A stretch of DNA of 64,000 nucleotides, from assembly GCA_965249575.1 (NCBI GenBank), contig OZ252244.1:1536001-1600000 (forward strand). The letters run 5' to 3'. Below the pieces are notes generated by a model that saw only the letters and a program-made list of their open reading frames with translations, was not told where the DNA came from and did not search any database. This stretch comes from Gemmatimonadales bacterium. GTDB taxonomy: Bacteria > Gemmatimonadota > Gemmatimonadetes > Gemmatimonadales > GWC2-71-9. A program made the position numbers and the translations under genes. Of this stretch, positions 1-11,002 are shown one piece after another. Numbering within the stretch: position 1 is the stretch's first letter; each line of letters starts with the position of its first letter.

Positions 1-8
1 CCGAGACC

Positions 9-470
9 GTGCCCGGTATCCTGGAGCCGTTCGTGGAGCCCCCCGAACGAGCGGCCCACATCGTCGTCGTTGACGACGACAGCGCGAACCGTCGCGCGGT
101 AGCCCGCCTACTTCAGCACTTCGGGCACCTGGTGACCCCGTGCTCGAACGGGGTCGAGGCATTCGAGGTCATTCGGTCGGGACCGGTGGACTGCATCGTG
201 AGCGACCTCAACATGCCGACCCTCGGGGGCAAGAGCTTGTACGAGCAGCTGGAAGAGGAGCTTCCGAACGTCGCGGCGCAGTTCGTGTTCGTTACCGGCG
301 ACTACACCCGCCCTGCGTCCCGCGAGTTTCTCGAGAAGTCCGGTCAGCCCGTGGTGGCGAAGCCATACGATGTCGGCGAGCTGTTGTCAGCGGTGGCGAT
401 GGTGCTCCGCCGGGTCGGGGCCATGGCGCCCGGCAGGGACGTCGGGGAGAAGGAGCCGGAGGTCGCGTAA
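9..470 (+). CDS. Single-domain response regulator (REC); may extend 5' of the window
   Basis: Receiver motifs IVVVDDD, DCIVSDLNMP (phospho-Asp), FVTG and KP. Confidence 0.85.
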   Translation: MPGILEPFVEPPERAAHIVVVDDDSANRRAVARLLQHFGHLVTPCSNGVEAFEVIRSGPVDCIVSDLNMPTLGGKSLYEQLEEELPNVAAQFVFVTGDYTRPASREFLEKSGQPVVAKPYDVGELLSAVAMVLRRVGAMAPGRDVGEKEPEVA

Positions 471-471
471 C

Positions 472-3170
472 CTAGAGCACGGGCAACCAGTACGACAGCT
501 TGAGCGCAACGAAGTTGTCTCCCGCCGCCGTCAGCGCATTGACTAGGTCTCCAGGCCGCACCAGGTCGGCCGGCCCGGCATCATCTCGCCGGTCCTGCTG
601 CCAGACGATGAACAGCGTCGAGCCCCGGACCCACTCCCACCTCAGCACCATGTTGCTGCGGAACGAGCGGACGCTGAAGTCGGGTTGGCGAGCCGGAACG
701 ACTCGGCGCCGTCAGTCACCTCGACGGAGTCCCCTGCGACCCGGGAGATCCCGGTGCCGTCGGTTCCGTACAGGGGGAGCTGGCTGGTGCGGGGGGCGGC
801 CAGCTCACCGAAGTCGTAAAACCTCCCGCTCGCCGCGAACGGCTCGGCGTAGACCTCGAGACTCAGATCGGGAGTTAGCGAGTAGCTCAGCCGGAACCTG
901 GCCGCCAGTTCGCTCCGCTCGACAAACGCAAAGACGTAACGGCTACCGAACGTCGCGGCCCCCGCACGGCTCATGGCGGTGAGGTATTGCCTCGACTCCA
1001 CTAGCCGGCTGTAGCTCGGATCGACGGACACGGTGAACCGTGCGGACGGCTGGAGTGACAGACCGGTTCCAACCTCGGAACTCCAGGTGCCGGTTCGATT
1101 GTTGTAGTATGTCGCGTCAGCGCGAAAACGCGTTTTCGCATTGCTGTTGGTCGCGAGGCCACCGCTCACTTGCCACGCACCGCCCGTCTTCATCAGCGGA
1201 CCGCCCCGTGTCAGGTTGTCGGCCAGAGCGCTCGCGCTGAAACCGACACTTGCGGTAGTCGCGAGGAAGTTCAGCCATGTGGTCCGCGCCTCGAGTGAGA
1301 GCCGCGAGAACTGGCGGGTGCCGCCGAAATTCCACCCGCTCCGCACCCCGAGGCTGACGGCGTAAAACCGAAACAGGGGTCCCGGCCTGGGGTTGAAGTA
1401 GCGGATGTCCGCGAAGGCGTCGATGTCGTCCGACTGCAACTGACGGCCCAAGTCGCTGAGCTCGAAGCCCGGCGATTCGAAGGTGATGCCCCCAGACAGT
1501 CGCCAGGGCGGGCCTGCACTTCGCCGTACCCGGAGACCCATGGTATAGCCCGTGAGCGACGTGCGCGTCGAGTCCAACCGGACGTGGCCTGCGTCGGGGC
1601 GCTGGTAGTAATGCGCGCTCGCACGCTGGACCTCGAGAATGGCGGCGGGATCGCCTTCGACCAGGCTGAACCCCGTGTGTCCTCCCAGCTCGTGGCGACT
1701 ACCGACGAGCTTGAGGTTCCAGTCCATCGCACCAGCGTACGCCTGCCGGGGCAGAATCGAGCCGAGCGAGGAGCCGGATGTGAAATCGCGCCTCACGCCG
1801 GTTACGATGAGCCCGGCTGTGGAGACGGAGGGACCGAGCTCCTGCTCCAACCGCAGTACACCGTAGCCCGTCACCGGCGCCACTTCGGTCATACCGTAGG
1901 CCCCGGCCAGGGTGTCGAGCGTCCGAGCGTGCTCGCGGCGGGTCAGCGCGGAGAGGGCGGCCACCGACAGTCCGGATCGGAGCCGGCCGGTGATCTTCGC
2001 CGCACCCAAGATGGTGGAGTTCTTGGGCTGATCGATGAAGTGACCGGATGCACTCCCCGGTGGCGCCGCCCCTATTCGTCTGGAGTAGAAATATCCCTGG
2101 CCCCCGCCCTCGCGCAGCGCCGCGCCTTCTCGAAAAAACGGGCGGCGCTCCGGGAAGAACGTTTCGAACGCCGAGAGGTTGACCTCCGCGGGGTCCGCCT
2201 CGACCTGCCCGAAATCCGGCGTGACCGTCGCCTCGAGCGTGCCGTTCGGCCCGAGGCCCACTTTCATGTCGAGTCCAACCCTCGTCTCCATGTCGCTACC
2301 GTCGTCGAACGGGTCTCCGAGGGCCGGATCGGCGGTAAAGGTTCCAGCCCCGGCAACGAAAGGCGTGAGCTCCAGCCGGCGCGACTGCCGCACGCCTTCG
2401 ATCCCAACCAGGCGCCGAAAATTCGACGCCCACCGTGTCGGCCGCGGCATCGTGAGGTAGTCCAATTCGTTACGGGCCGGTACGTAACGGCTGACGTTCA
2501 CACCCCATGTCTGTACGTCCACCTGATTGAACCGAAGCTGGGAGAACGGAATGCGCATCTCCGCCGTCCATCCGAGTGAGTCCACGGTGACCTCGACCTC
2601 CCAAACCGGATCGAAAGACGGGTCGCTGTCGCTCTCGCTGTCGTGAGGGTGGTACCAGTCCAGCCTCACGCCGGCTGCCGTGACGCCGAAACTGAACGAC
2701 GTCCGGCGGTCGTGGTAGGTATCGAATGTGACGATGAGGCGGTCGCCGTTGCCGGGCTCGTCGCGGCGGGACATGAGCCGATTGATGGTCTCCGGACGGT
2801 CCGCGTACATCCGGCCGCCCACGTAGACGGCCTGATCGTCGTAGACGAATGCGATCTCCGTGAGCTGAGTGGCGGGCGCGTTCCTCACCGGCGAGCGCTG
2901 AATCAAATCGGAAACCCGTGGCACGCTCGACCAGCATGCTTCGGTCAGACGCCCATCGAGACGCAGGTCCTCGGCGATTCGGACGGCCCGAATCTCCTCG
3001 CTGGCCGGTGAGGACGGCCTGCCGCCGGGTCCGCCGTGATCGGACTGGGCGAAGGAGACACCGACGACCATCCAGGTCCCCGCGAGGCCAAGTGATGCCG
3101 CACGCCGAAGGCACTGACCAACTGGCCGGCGTCCGGCAGGCCCGGAGTGGCCGAGCACACGGAAGCTCAT
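472..3170 (-). CDS. DUF5916 / carbohydrate-binding family 9-like outer-membrane protein, paralogue 1, frameshifted near 683
   Basis: Signal peptide, LDGRL.E..W, W.AEMRIPFSQLRF and PDFGQVEADPAEVNLSAFETFFPERRPFF. After ...RLANP the shifted frame reads DFSVRSFRSNMVLRWEW...NFVALKLSYWLPVL* (stop 472-474), matching the C-terminus of the paralogue at 4924-7611. Confidence 0.85.
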
Positions 3171-3306
3171 CGAGCAATTCTAACGGGCGGGAAGGGTTGG
3201 GGTGTGGTGTAGGCGAGGGGCGGGGGAAAGGGGTTGGGGATACCTCGTCCGAAGCGGAACGCTAGCTTGCGGGTGTGGCGTTACATCGCCCGTAAGGAGG
3301 CAGTTG

Positions 3307-4814
3307 GTGGCTCGCGTTCCCGCCTATCCCGTGCACGAACCCGTCCCCGTCTGCACGCCGGGCTCACCTGTGGATTTCGCGGAGCCCGCCGTTGGGAGCG
3401 TCCAGGATCAATTCGGGAGCCTCGGCAGCGTCGGCAATTACTTGGCGGCATGGCCTGGACAGGCGATTCGCTCCTACCGATACGCCGACGTCGACGCCGA
3501 AAACAACCACGGGTACCAAAATCACTTCCAGGGATTCGAACGCCTCCGAACCGGAAACCATGCAGTAGTCTCCGGCGGCGATCCCTACGAGCCCGCGTCG
3601 CACCTCTTCGTGGTGCGGATGGACTCACGGCTCGGCGATGGAGGATGGGGCTCGAACGTGCTCCGGGCTCCGGAACCCCCGCTGCAGGACCGCATCGTCC
3701 GGACGATCGACATCGATCCGACATTCTGGCATGCGGGCGGGATGAACACCCTGGGCGACGTGCTCGCCGTACCGCTGGAGAACTCGGGCGCCGGGCAATC
3801 GCAAGTGGTGTTCTACAACATGCGCGAGCCCGCCCAGCCGAGCGTGTTCGCGCACCGCATCGTCCGCGAGGCATCCAAGGCGGGGGCCGTCGCGCTCACG
3901 AGGCTGCCATCCCGGCGATTCCTCGCGGCGGTCTGGACCGATTCCGATCCCGTTGAGCCGCGGAAACATCTCGACCTCTACGTCTCGCACAGCAGCGATT
4001 TCGTCGACGGATTCCAAAGCCCACCGACGGTTTGCGTCGAAGAGGTCGCCGCACTGGGCAAGTACCAGACACTAGCGTTCGTCTGGCAGGAAGACGGCGA
4101 GCTCTACCTCATTGGCTTCGAGAACTCAGCCGCCCTGGCCCCGCTTCAGCCGGGCATCGACTCGGCTCAGCTGTTTCGCCTGGGGTTCCCCGAGGTATTC
4201 CTTTCCAGTGACACGTCCCAAAACGTTCCGAAGCCGACCATCGAAGCAGTGGGGCGCCGCGAGTTTTCATGCCCCGACCGGCAGTGCAACATGGACGGAG
4301 CGACCGGCCTCTTCATGGGACCGGCGGCCGGCTCACCATCTACTCGGCCTTTCACTACCTGCATCGCACGAGGTTCTGGAGCTTCCCCTGCAAGCTCGTC
4401 CTCAAGTTCAACGAGTTCCGGCCCACCAGTGGCTCCGGTCTGCCCACGGTCCATCAGATCGAGAATGCGTGGATCGAGCTGTTCGACCAGCCACACTTCC
4501 ACGGCAGGCACCTCAGCATCGTCGGCCCGGCCGACGCCCGGATCGAGAATTACGGGAAGATCCGGGTGCAGGGCGCGAAGTTCGGACGGAGAGTGTCCTC
4601 GGTTCGCTTTCAGATTCCCGAAGGATTCACGTACGTCTTGCACAGAAGAAAACACTTTCGCGGTGACGCACCCGTCGTGCTCGCGGGCACGGGCGGAGTC
4701 GTGCGCATCCCGAATCTCGCCGCAGTCGGCTTTGACGACCTCACCCGGTCGTCTCGGTACGAGACACCGTTCATCGCGCGATCGAGGGCCAACGCTACCA
4801 TCGTCGAGGCTTGA
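3307..4814 (+). CDS. Hypothetical protein with a C-terminal beta/gamma-crystallin-like domain, frameshifted near 4321
   Basis: RBS AAGGAGG at 3294-3300 before GTG 3307. ORF 3202-4824 loses protein-like character at ~4320, where ORF 4269-4814 takes over with WIELFDQPHFHG, VSSVR and YVLHRRKHFRG (Greek-key crystallin motifs). Confidence 0.6.
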
Positions 4815-4923
4815 AAGTCGGTAAAGCTCCTTTCCCATCCCGCGGGGGCCGGTTTTTGCCGAGATGGCAACCTCTCGACAGATTACGTAGCACCTGTGTA
4901 CGCCCGCGCAAGCGGGCTTCGAC

Positions 4924-7611
4924 TTGAGGGGTGGGAATACGTCCGTGACAGGCCAACACAGAATCTCGAATAACAGCATCCTCCGGAAGGTCCGCGCCAG
5001 CCATTTCATTGGGCTCGTCGCAGCGCTCGCGCTCGGTCCGGCGGAGATCTACGGCCAAGGATCTGCCCAACGCGCGACCGCGATTCGCATCCAGGGCCGC
5101 GCACCCGCCGTCGACGGCGTGCTCGACGATCCCGCATGGCAGACCGCTCCTCCCATCACCGATTTCACGGCGAGAACGCCGGTCGAAGGGGAGGAGCCCA
5201 GCTCCGCGACGGAGGTCCGATTCCTGTACGACGACGCGGCGCTTTACGTCGCCGCCCGAATGTACCGGGACGATCCCTCCAAGATCGAGGTAGCCCTGAC
5301 GAGGCGAGACGAGCGCAGCGGCGAGCGGATCATCATCTCGCTCGACACGTACCTCGACCGGCGCACGGCGTACTCATTCTCGGTCACGAGCAGCGGCGTG
5401 CGCGGAGACTGGTACCACCCGAGGGACGAAGAGGTGCGTGACCGGGAAATGCAGTTCAACCCGGTCTGGCTCGCGCGGGCGAAGGTCGACTCGCTGGGCT
5501 GGGCCGCCGAGATGCGGATTCCCTTTTCCCAGCTCCGGTTCACCTCCGCCGAGGAACAGGTGTGGGGTCTCAACATCGATCGGTTCATCCCGGACCGGAA
5601 CGAGGACATCTTCTGGGTGATGGTCCCTCGCGCGCTGAACGGGTGGAGCTCCCGGTTCGGCACGCTGCACGGCATTAGCGGCATCACCCCCGCCCGCGGC
5701 ATCGAGCTCATACCGTACACAGCCGGCGACCTCACGTTTCGGTCGGACCTCGACCCACGCGACCCGTTCGACGACAAAACAGCGGGCCGGGTTGGGGCGG
5801 ACATGAAACTCGGCGTGGGATCGAACCTCACCCTCGACGCCACGGTGAACCCCGACTTCGGCCAAGTGGAGGCCGATCCCGCCGAGGTCAACCTCTCGGC
5901 GTTCGAGACCTTCTTCGACGAACGCCGGCCGTTCTTCATCGAGGGAAACGAGCTGCTGACCGGCAGAGGCGCCAGCTTCTTGGGGCGGCCGACCTACTAC
6001 TACTCCCGCCGGATCGGCGCGAGCCCGCACGGCGAGGCCGCGGGACACTACGTCCGCACCCCCTCGAACTCGACTATCCTGGGCGCGGCCAAGCTCTCCG
6101 GCCGACTCGCATCTGGGCTCTCGGTCGGGGCCCTCACGTCAGTCACCGCGCGCGAGTACGCGAGAGCCAACGACACGCTCCTCAACCGATTCACCGACGT
6201 GCAGGTCGAGCCGGTTACCGGCTTCGGGGTCGTCCGCGTCCAGCAAGAGGTCGGCAGTGACCGCTCGGTCGTCGGTGGAACCGTGACCGCTGTCCGGCGG
6301 GCGTTCGGCGGGGGCTCGTTGCAGAACGAGTTGGTGCGAGCCGCATACGCAGGAGGCACCGACTGGCAGATCCGGTTTCAAGAAGGCAAGTACGAGCTCA
6401 CCGGGTGGGCGGGTTTCAGCCGTCTCGAGGGCGACCCGGCGGCGCTCGACGAACTGCAGCAGTCGAGCCGGCACTACTACCAGCGCCCCGACCAGGATCA
6501 CGTGAGCCTGGGAACCCGCAATGCTCTCACCGGGTGGACCGCGTCGGTCCGGGGCGACAAGAACGCCGGCAGGTTCACCCTGTGGGGCATCCAGGTCTCG
6601 GCGAAATCCCCGGGATTCGAGATCAATGACTTTGGCCGCATGAACAGCGCCGACGCCGTCGATTTCAACGCCGACATCCAGTTGCGCGACACGCAGCCGA
6701 GCAAGCTGCTGCGAAGCTACCGATTTGGCTTTGTCATCCGTTCCGGCTGGAATTTCGGCGGCATTCGCCAGTACACCCACTTCATCCAATCGTCGCGGCT
6801 CGATTTCCACAACTTCTGGAACCTGACGGCCAGAACCACCATTCGCACCCGGGCGCTGAGCGACTCGCTCACCCGGGGCGGGCCCCTGATGGGCACGGGC
6901 AGCGGGTGGAACACGAGCCTCAGCCTCGGAAACTTCTTCGCGGCCGCCACCAGCTGGGACGTCGATGCCGAGTACGGGAGAGACGAGCTGGGCGGGTGGC
7001 GCTACGACCTCGGGGCTAGCCTCAAGTTCCGTGTTGGGACGCGGTGGGCGGTGGAGATCGCGCCGAGGTACGTGCGATCGGTCAATGCACGCCAGCACAT
7101 CCAGGACGAGGCCGGCGGCTCGGCCCTTACGTTTGGCTCCCGCTACGTCTTCGCATTCATCGAGCGGAGCAGGCTCTCAGCGCAGATCCGCCTCAACTAC
7201 GCGTTCACTCCCGACCTCACGCTCGAAGCCTACGCGGAACCCTTCGCTGCGAGCGGCCGATTCTCCGACTTCGGGGAGCTGGGAGCCGCCCAGAGCCGCT
7301 CGCTCAGGACGTACGGCACGGACGGCACGACGATCGCCCGGCAAACCGATGGTTCCCACACGGTGACCGACGGGGCCGACTCATTCACGATCGACAACCT
7401 GGACTTCAACAATCTGTCGTTTCGGTCGAATCTCGTACTTCGCTGGGAGTTCCTCCCGGGGAGCACTCTCTTCGCGATCTGGCAGCAAGACCGGGGGGAG
7501 GACCGAACGATCGGCGATCTCATCAGGCCGCGGGACCTGTGGGACTCGCTCGGAGCGTCGGGGGACAACTTCTTCGCGATGAAGATCGCGTACTGGTTTT
7601 CGATCCACTAG
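4924..7611 (+). CDS. DUF5916 / carbohydrate-binding family 9-like outer-membrane protein, paralogue 2
   Basis: VDGVLDDPAW, WAAEMRIPFSQLRF, NPDFGQVEADPAEVNLSAFETFFDERRPFF and a C-terminal barrel-type KIAYWF. The true start may lie slightly downstream. Confidence 0.88.
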   Translation: MRGGNTSVTGQHRISNNSILRKVRASHFIGLVAALALGPAEIYGQGSAQRATAIRIQGRAPAVDGVLDDPAWQTAPPITDFTARTPVEGEEPSSATEVRFLYDDAALYVAARMYRDDPSKIEVALTRRDERSGERIIISLDTYLDRRTAYSFSVTSSGVRGDWYHPRDEEVRDREMQFNPVWLARAKVDSLGWAAEMRIPFSQLRFTSAEEQVWGLNIDRFIPDRNEDIFWVMVPRALNGWSSRFGTLHGISGITPARGIELIPYTAGDLTFRSDLDPRDPFDDKTAGRVGADMKLGVGSNLTLDATVNPDFGQVEADPAEVNLSAFETFFDERRPFFIEGNELLTGRGASFLGRPTYYYSRRIGASPHGEAAGHYVRTPSNSTILGAAKLSGRLASGLSVGALTSVTAREYARANDTLLNRFTDVQVEPVTGFGVVRVQQEVGSDRSVVGGTVTAVRRAFGGGSLQNELVRAAYAGGTDWQIRFQEGKYELTGWAGFSRLEGDPAALDELQQSSRHYYQRPDQDHVSLGTRNALTGWTASVRGDKNAGRFTLWGIQVSAKSPGFEINDFGRMNSADAVDFNADIQLRDTQPSKLLRSYRFGFVIRSGWNFGGIRQYTHFIQSSRLDFHNFWNLTARTTIRTRALSDSLTRGGPLMGTGSGWNTSLSLGNFFAAATSWDVDAEYGRDELGGWRYDLGASLKFRVGTRWAVEIAPRYVRSVNARQHIQDEAGGSALTFGSRYVFAFIERSRLSAQIRLNYAFTPDLTLEAYAEPFAASGRFSDFGELGAAQSRSLRTYGTDGTTIARQTDGSHTVTDGADSFTIDNLDFNNLSFRSNLVLRWEFLPGSTLFAIWQQDRGEDRTIGDLIRPRDLWDSLGASGDNFFAMKIAYWFSIH

Positions 7612-7681
7612 CGCTGATGAAAAGGGTTGGTCTCTGAGCTACGATCGCCTGGACCGCTACCTGCGCTCGCTCGCCTGACCC

Positions 7682-8569
7682 CTACACGGTCGCCGGCTGG
7701 ATTCCGAGGATCTCTCGGGCTTCCGCCGGCTCCGCCACCGTCCCCCCGATCTCCCGAACGATGCGCACCGCGCGCTTGACGAGCGCGGCATTGCTCGGCG
7801 CGAGCACGCCTCTCTCCAGGTACAGATTGTCCTCGAGTCCCACGCGCACATGACCGCCCAGGAGCACCGCCTGGGCGACCATGGGGAACTCCTGGTGCGA
7901 GATGCCGAACGCGGCCCAATTGACCCCCTCGGGCAACTGGTCCCGCATGAAGAGCATCGCCTCGGGGGTCGCCGGCGCGCCCCAGGGCACACCGAGCACG
8001 ATCTGGAACAGGTGCGGCGGCGGCACATGGCCGTCGGCGATAAGCCGGGCGGCAAGGCGGACGTGCCCCGCATCGAACACTTCCAGCTCCGGGAGCACCC
8101 CCGCCTCGCAAATAGAGCGCGCCATCTTCCGCAGGTGGGCGGGCACGTTGATGAAGGCGTGCTCTCCGAAGTTCATGGTGGCGACGTCGAGCGAACAAAT
8201 GTCGGGAGTGAGCGCGCGAATGTGCTCCACTCTGCGCTCCGGGTTCGCCAGCGTCGTACCGGGACCCGCGGCGAGGGGATCGTCGTCGCCGGGAACGAAC
8301 CGGGCACCGGGCCCCGTCGTGAGATTGATCAGGACGTCGGTACCGGACCCGCGAATCCGCTCGACCGCCTCGTGGTAGAGCGCAACGTCCATGGCGGGCA
8401 CACCGGTCTCCGGATCCCGCACGTGGATGTGCGCCACGGCTGCACCGGCCCGGGCGGCCCCGATCGCGGACTCGGCGATCTGCTCGGGCGTCACCGGCAC
8501 CGCGGGATTCTTCCCGACCGTGTCTCCCGACCCGGTCACCGCACACGTGATGATCGTTGCCTTGGCCAT
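7682..8569 (-). CDS. 3-keto-5-aminohexanoate cleavage (BKACE/DUF849) family enzyme
   Basis: IITCAVTG, PVTPEQIA, GAAVAHIHVRD, PELEVFD and GGHVRVGLEDN. ATG 8569 follows AGGGGAGG. Confidence 0.92.
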   Translation of the reverse strand: MAKATIITCAVTGSGDTVGKNPAVPVTPEQIAESAIGAARAGAAVAHIHVRDPETGVPAMDVALYHEAVERIRGSGTDVLINLTTGPGARFVPGDDDPLAAGPGTTLANPERRVEHIRALTPDICSLDVATMNFGEHAFINVPAHLRKMARSICEAGVLPELEVFDAGHVRLAARLIADGHVPPPHLFQIVLGVPWGAPATPEAMLFMRDQLPEGVNWAAFGISHQEFPMVAQAVLLGGHVRVGLEDNLYLERGVLAPSNAALVKRAVRIVREIGGTVAEPAEAREILGIQPATV

Positions 8570-8784
8570 GCCTCCCCTTCTAGGCGGACGAGTCATGGAA
8601 GTATCAGGCTCGCGTCGCGCCATCGCCAGCCTCGGTGTCGCGCTCCGCGGGAGACGAGCCGAGCGGCGAAACGACGCGTGGGGTCAACCCGCAACTCGCC
8701 CACCCCCCCGATGGCGGGTAACGCCCCGATTTTGCGCACTCCCAGATAGAAGCCCTGAAACGAGCCTTTATCCGGGAGGCCCCG

Positions 8785-9308
8785 ATGTTCCGACATCCCG
8801 CCCTGCCATCATGGCCCTGCTGGTGGTCGCCGCCTGCGCCGAGAGCCCGACCGCCCCCGCGAGCAGTCTCAACGAGTCTCCAAACCTGCTGATCGGTCAA
8901 TCCCCACTGGCGCCCATCCGGCTCGTTTCGACCATGAAGGACGGCGTAACGATCCAGCGGGTGCTCGAGATCCCGGTGGAGGTGAGCATCGGCAGCGCCA
9001 ACATCGGCGCGGGGGAGTGGTTCGCCCTCCGGACCGGCACCACCTTCCACGCTCCCGACGGCGGCACGCATGTCGTCAACCCGAAGGTCGACCCGGCGGC
9101 AGACGAGGCCCTCCGGTCCGGTAAGCCCGTTGTCGTAACGGGCGCGGTGGACCTGCTGGACCAGCCGGTGTGGGACGCCATCAAAGACTTCCATGCCGTG
9201 GATGTTGAGGCGCGCGTCGAGCTGGTGGCGGTCGACGCCGGCAGCAAGGAGCGCGTATTGGATGCGGTCGAGCGAAGTGGGATAGTCGATCCCAAGTGCG
9301 GCTGTTAG
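8785..9308 (+). CDS. Hypothetical lipoprotein, probably frameshifted near 8805 (otherwise start 8811)
   Basis: GGAGG RBS before ATG 8785 (MFRHPAL...). One base out of frame it continues MALLVVAAC-AESPTAP (lipobox) and ends in KCGC. Confidence 0.6.
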
Positions 9309-9530
9309 GCCGAGTCGCGGGGAAGCACTCGCGTAGACGAACGCTGGAAACGTCGCTCTCAGCGACAGACCAGCGGAGGCGCGGCCCTCAGCCGAGACCG
9401 GCCGGCCAATGACTCATGGGGGAATCCCCCATCCCGATGCGGGGTTCACCCCGATTGCGGCCGCCGCCGGGGGACCGATCTTGGAGGGATCGCACAGCCG
9501 GCGATCGCCGACCCGAGATGGAGGTCCCCG

Positions 9531-9803
9531 CTGCGCCACCGACTCTTGTTCGCCGCTATGGCGGCGCCACTCATTGCGACGTACTCCTGCCGCTCCTCGT
9601 CCGCGGTAATCAGCGAAGAGCGGCGCGCGGCGGTGGAGGAGGAGGTGCGCGAGGCCGTCGAGCGCTACTTTGCCGATTGGAACACCCACGACATCGACCG
9701 GATCTTGCCCCACTACCCGGGCGGGACCTTCACCCTGGCATCGGGAGCAGACGTCGTCCTCTGGGAGGCCTTCGCGGCCGCGCAGCGCGCCCTCCACGAG
9801 GAG
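9531..9803 (+). pseudogene. N-terminal fragment of an NTF2/SnoaL-like lipoprotein, fused to unrelated sequence
   Basis: Signal-like LLFAAMAAPLIATYSC, then EEEVREAVERYFADWNTHDIDRILPHY (NTF2-like first helices). The similarity stops near 9800. Confidence 0.5.
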
Positions 9804-11002
9804 GCGGGCAGCGGCGGCGCGGGGGACGACGAGCTGGTCGATTCCTCTACGGCCCGGGGAAGAAAGACCCGCTTCTACGACGCGGCGGGCCGGACCGGTT
9901 CGACCGGGCCAGTGGAGCGAGTGTGAGCGAGCGTCCCTACCAGCGGCCGGCGGGCCCGCCACCCTTCCACCAGTACGCCCAGGACTGGGGCGGGTGGCTC
10001 TTCAGCGCCTCCAGGCTGGACTTTAACAGCGACGCCGGCCTGGCCCTGCTGCTCGGAGTCGAACGGGTCGCGTACGGATTCCGAAAGCACCCCTACGCCT
10101 CGCGTGTGCTGGTCCGGGGCGGCGCCTCGACCGCGGGGCGGGTCGCGTTCGAGCTCGAGGCCCACCTCCGGGACGTGCGCCGCTCGGTGGACGCGGGCGT
10201 CAACGTCATCGTGTCGGGCATCGGCAAGCACCGTTTTTTTGGCCGGGGCAACGAGACGGCGAACGGCCCCGACCGCGTGCACCGTGTGCGCCGATACGAC
10301 TTCCGTGTCGAGCCCAGGCTCACCGCCCGGTCGGGCTCGGACCTCCGCGTTGGTTTCGGCCCGGTGCTCAAGCTCTACCGCACCAGCCGCGACCCGGGCC
10401 GCGTCATCGACTCACTCCTGCCGTACGGCTCGGGCGCGTTCGGCCTGGCAGGTGTCGCGGCGGACGGCGCGTGGGGCCGGAGCGACGGTGCGCACTGGCC
10501 CACGCGGGGCTTCACGTTCCGGATCGGCGGGAGCGCGTATCCGGCGTTGTTCGGCGCGACCGAGGCGTTCGGCGAATTCCACGGCTCGCTCTCGGCGTAT
10601 CTCCCGCTGCCGTTGTCGATCGGTCCGGTGCTGGCCGTGCGCCTGAGCGGCAAGCGCACCTGGGGCCGAGTGCCCTATCAGGAGGCTGCGTACCTGGGCG
10701 GGCGGCGCTCGCTCCGCGGCTTCGAGACCGACCGTTACGCGGGCGACGCCGCACTGTTCGCCAACGCCGAGCTGCGCGTGCCGGTCACGCGCTTCGGCAC
10801 CTGGCTGCCACTGGAAGTCGGCGTGGTCTCGCTGGTGGACGTGGGCCGCGTGTTCGTGGAGGGGGAGTTATCGTCGACGTGGCACGCCTCGGCCGGCGGG
10901 GGCGTATGGATCGCGCCGTTCGACCGGGACTACACGGTGAGCGCGGTGCTCGCGCGCGGGGAGGAGACGAAGATCAGGGTGTACTTGGGGCTCGCGTACT
11001 AG
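9804..11002 (+). pseudogene. C-terminal part of a BamA/TamA (Omp85)-family outer-membrane protein; 5' part missing, frameshift near 9890
   Basis: YLGGRRSLRGFETDRYAGDAALFANAELR, DVGRVF, WHASAGGGVW and terminal YLGLAY. Upstream GGAGDDELVDSS...TRFYDA lies in the adjacent frame. Confidence 0.7.

Noticed and set aside
3255..3270. Sigma54-like CGGAAC...TTGC before the crystallin gene
   Set aside because: GG-to-GC spacing is 11, not the required 10.
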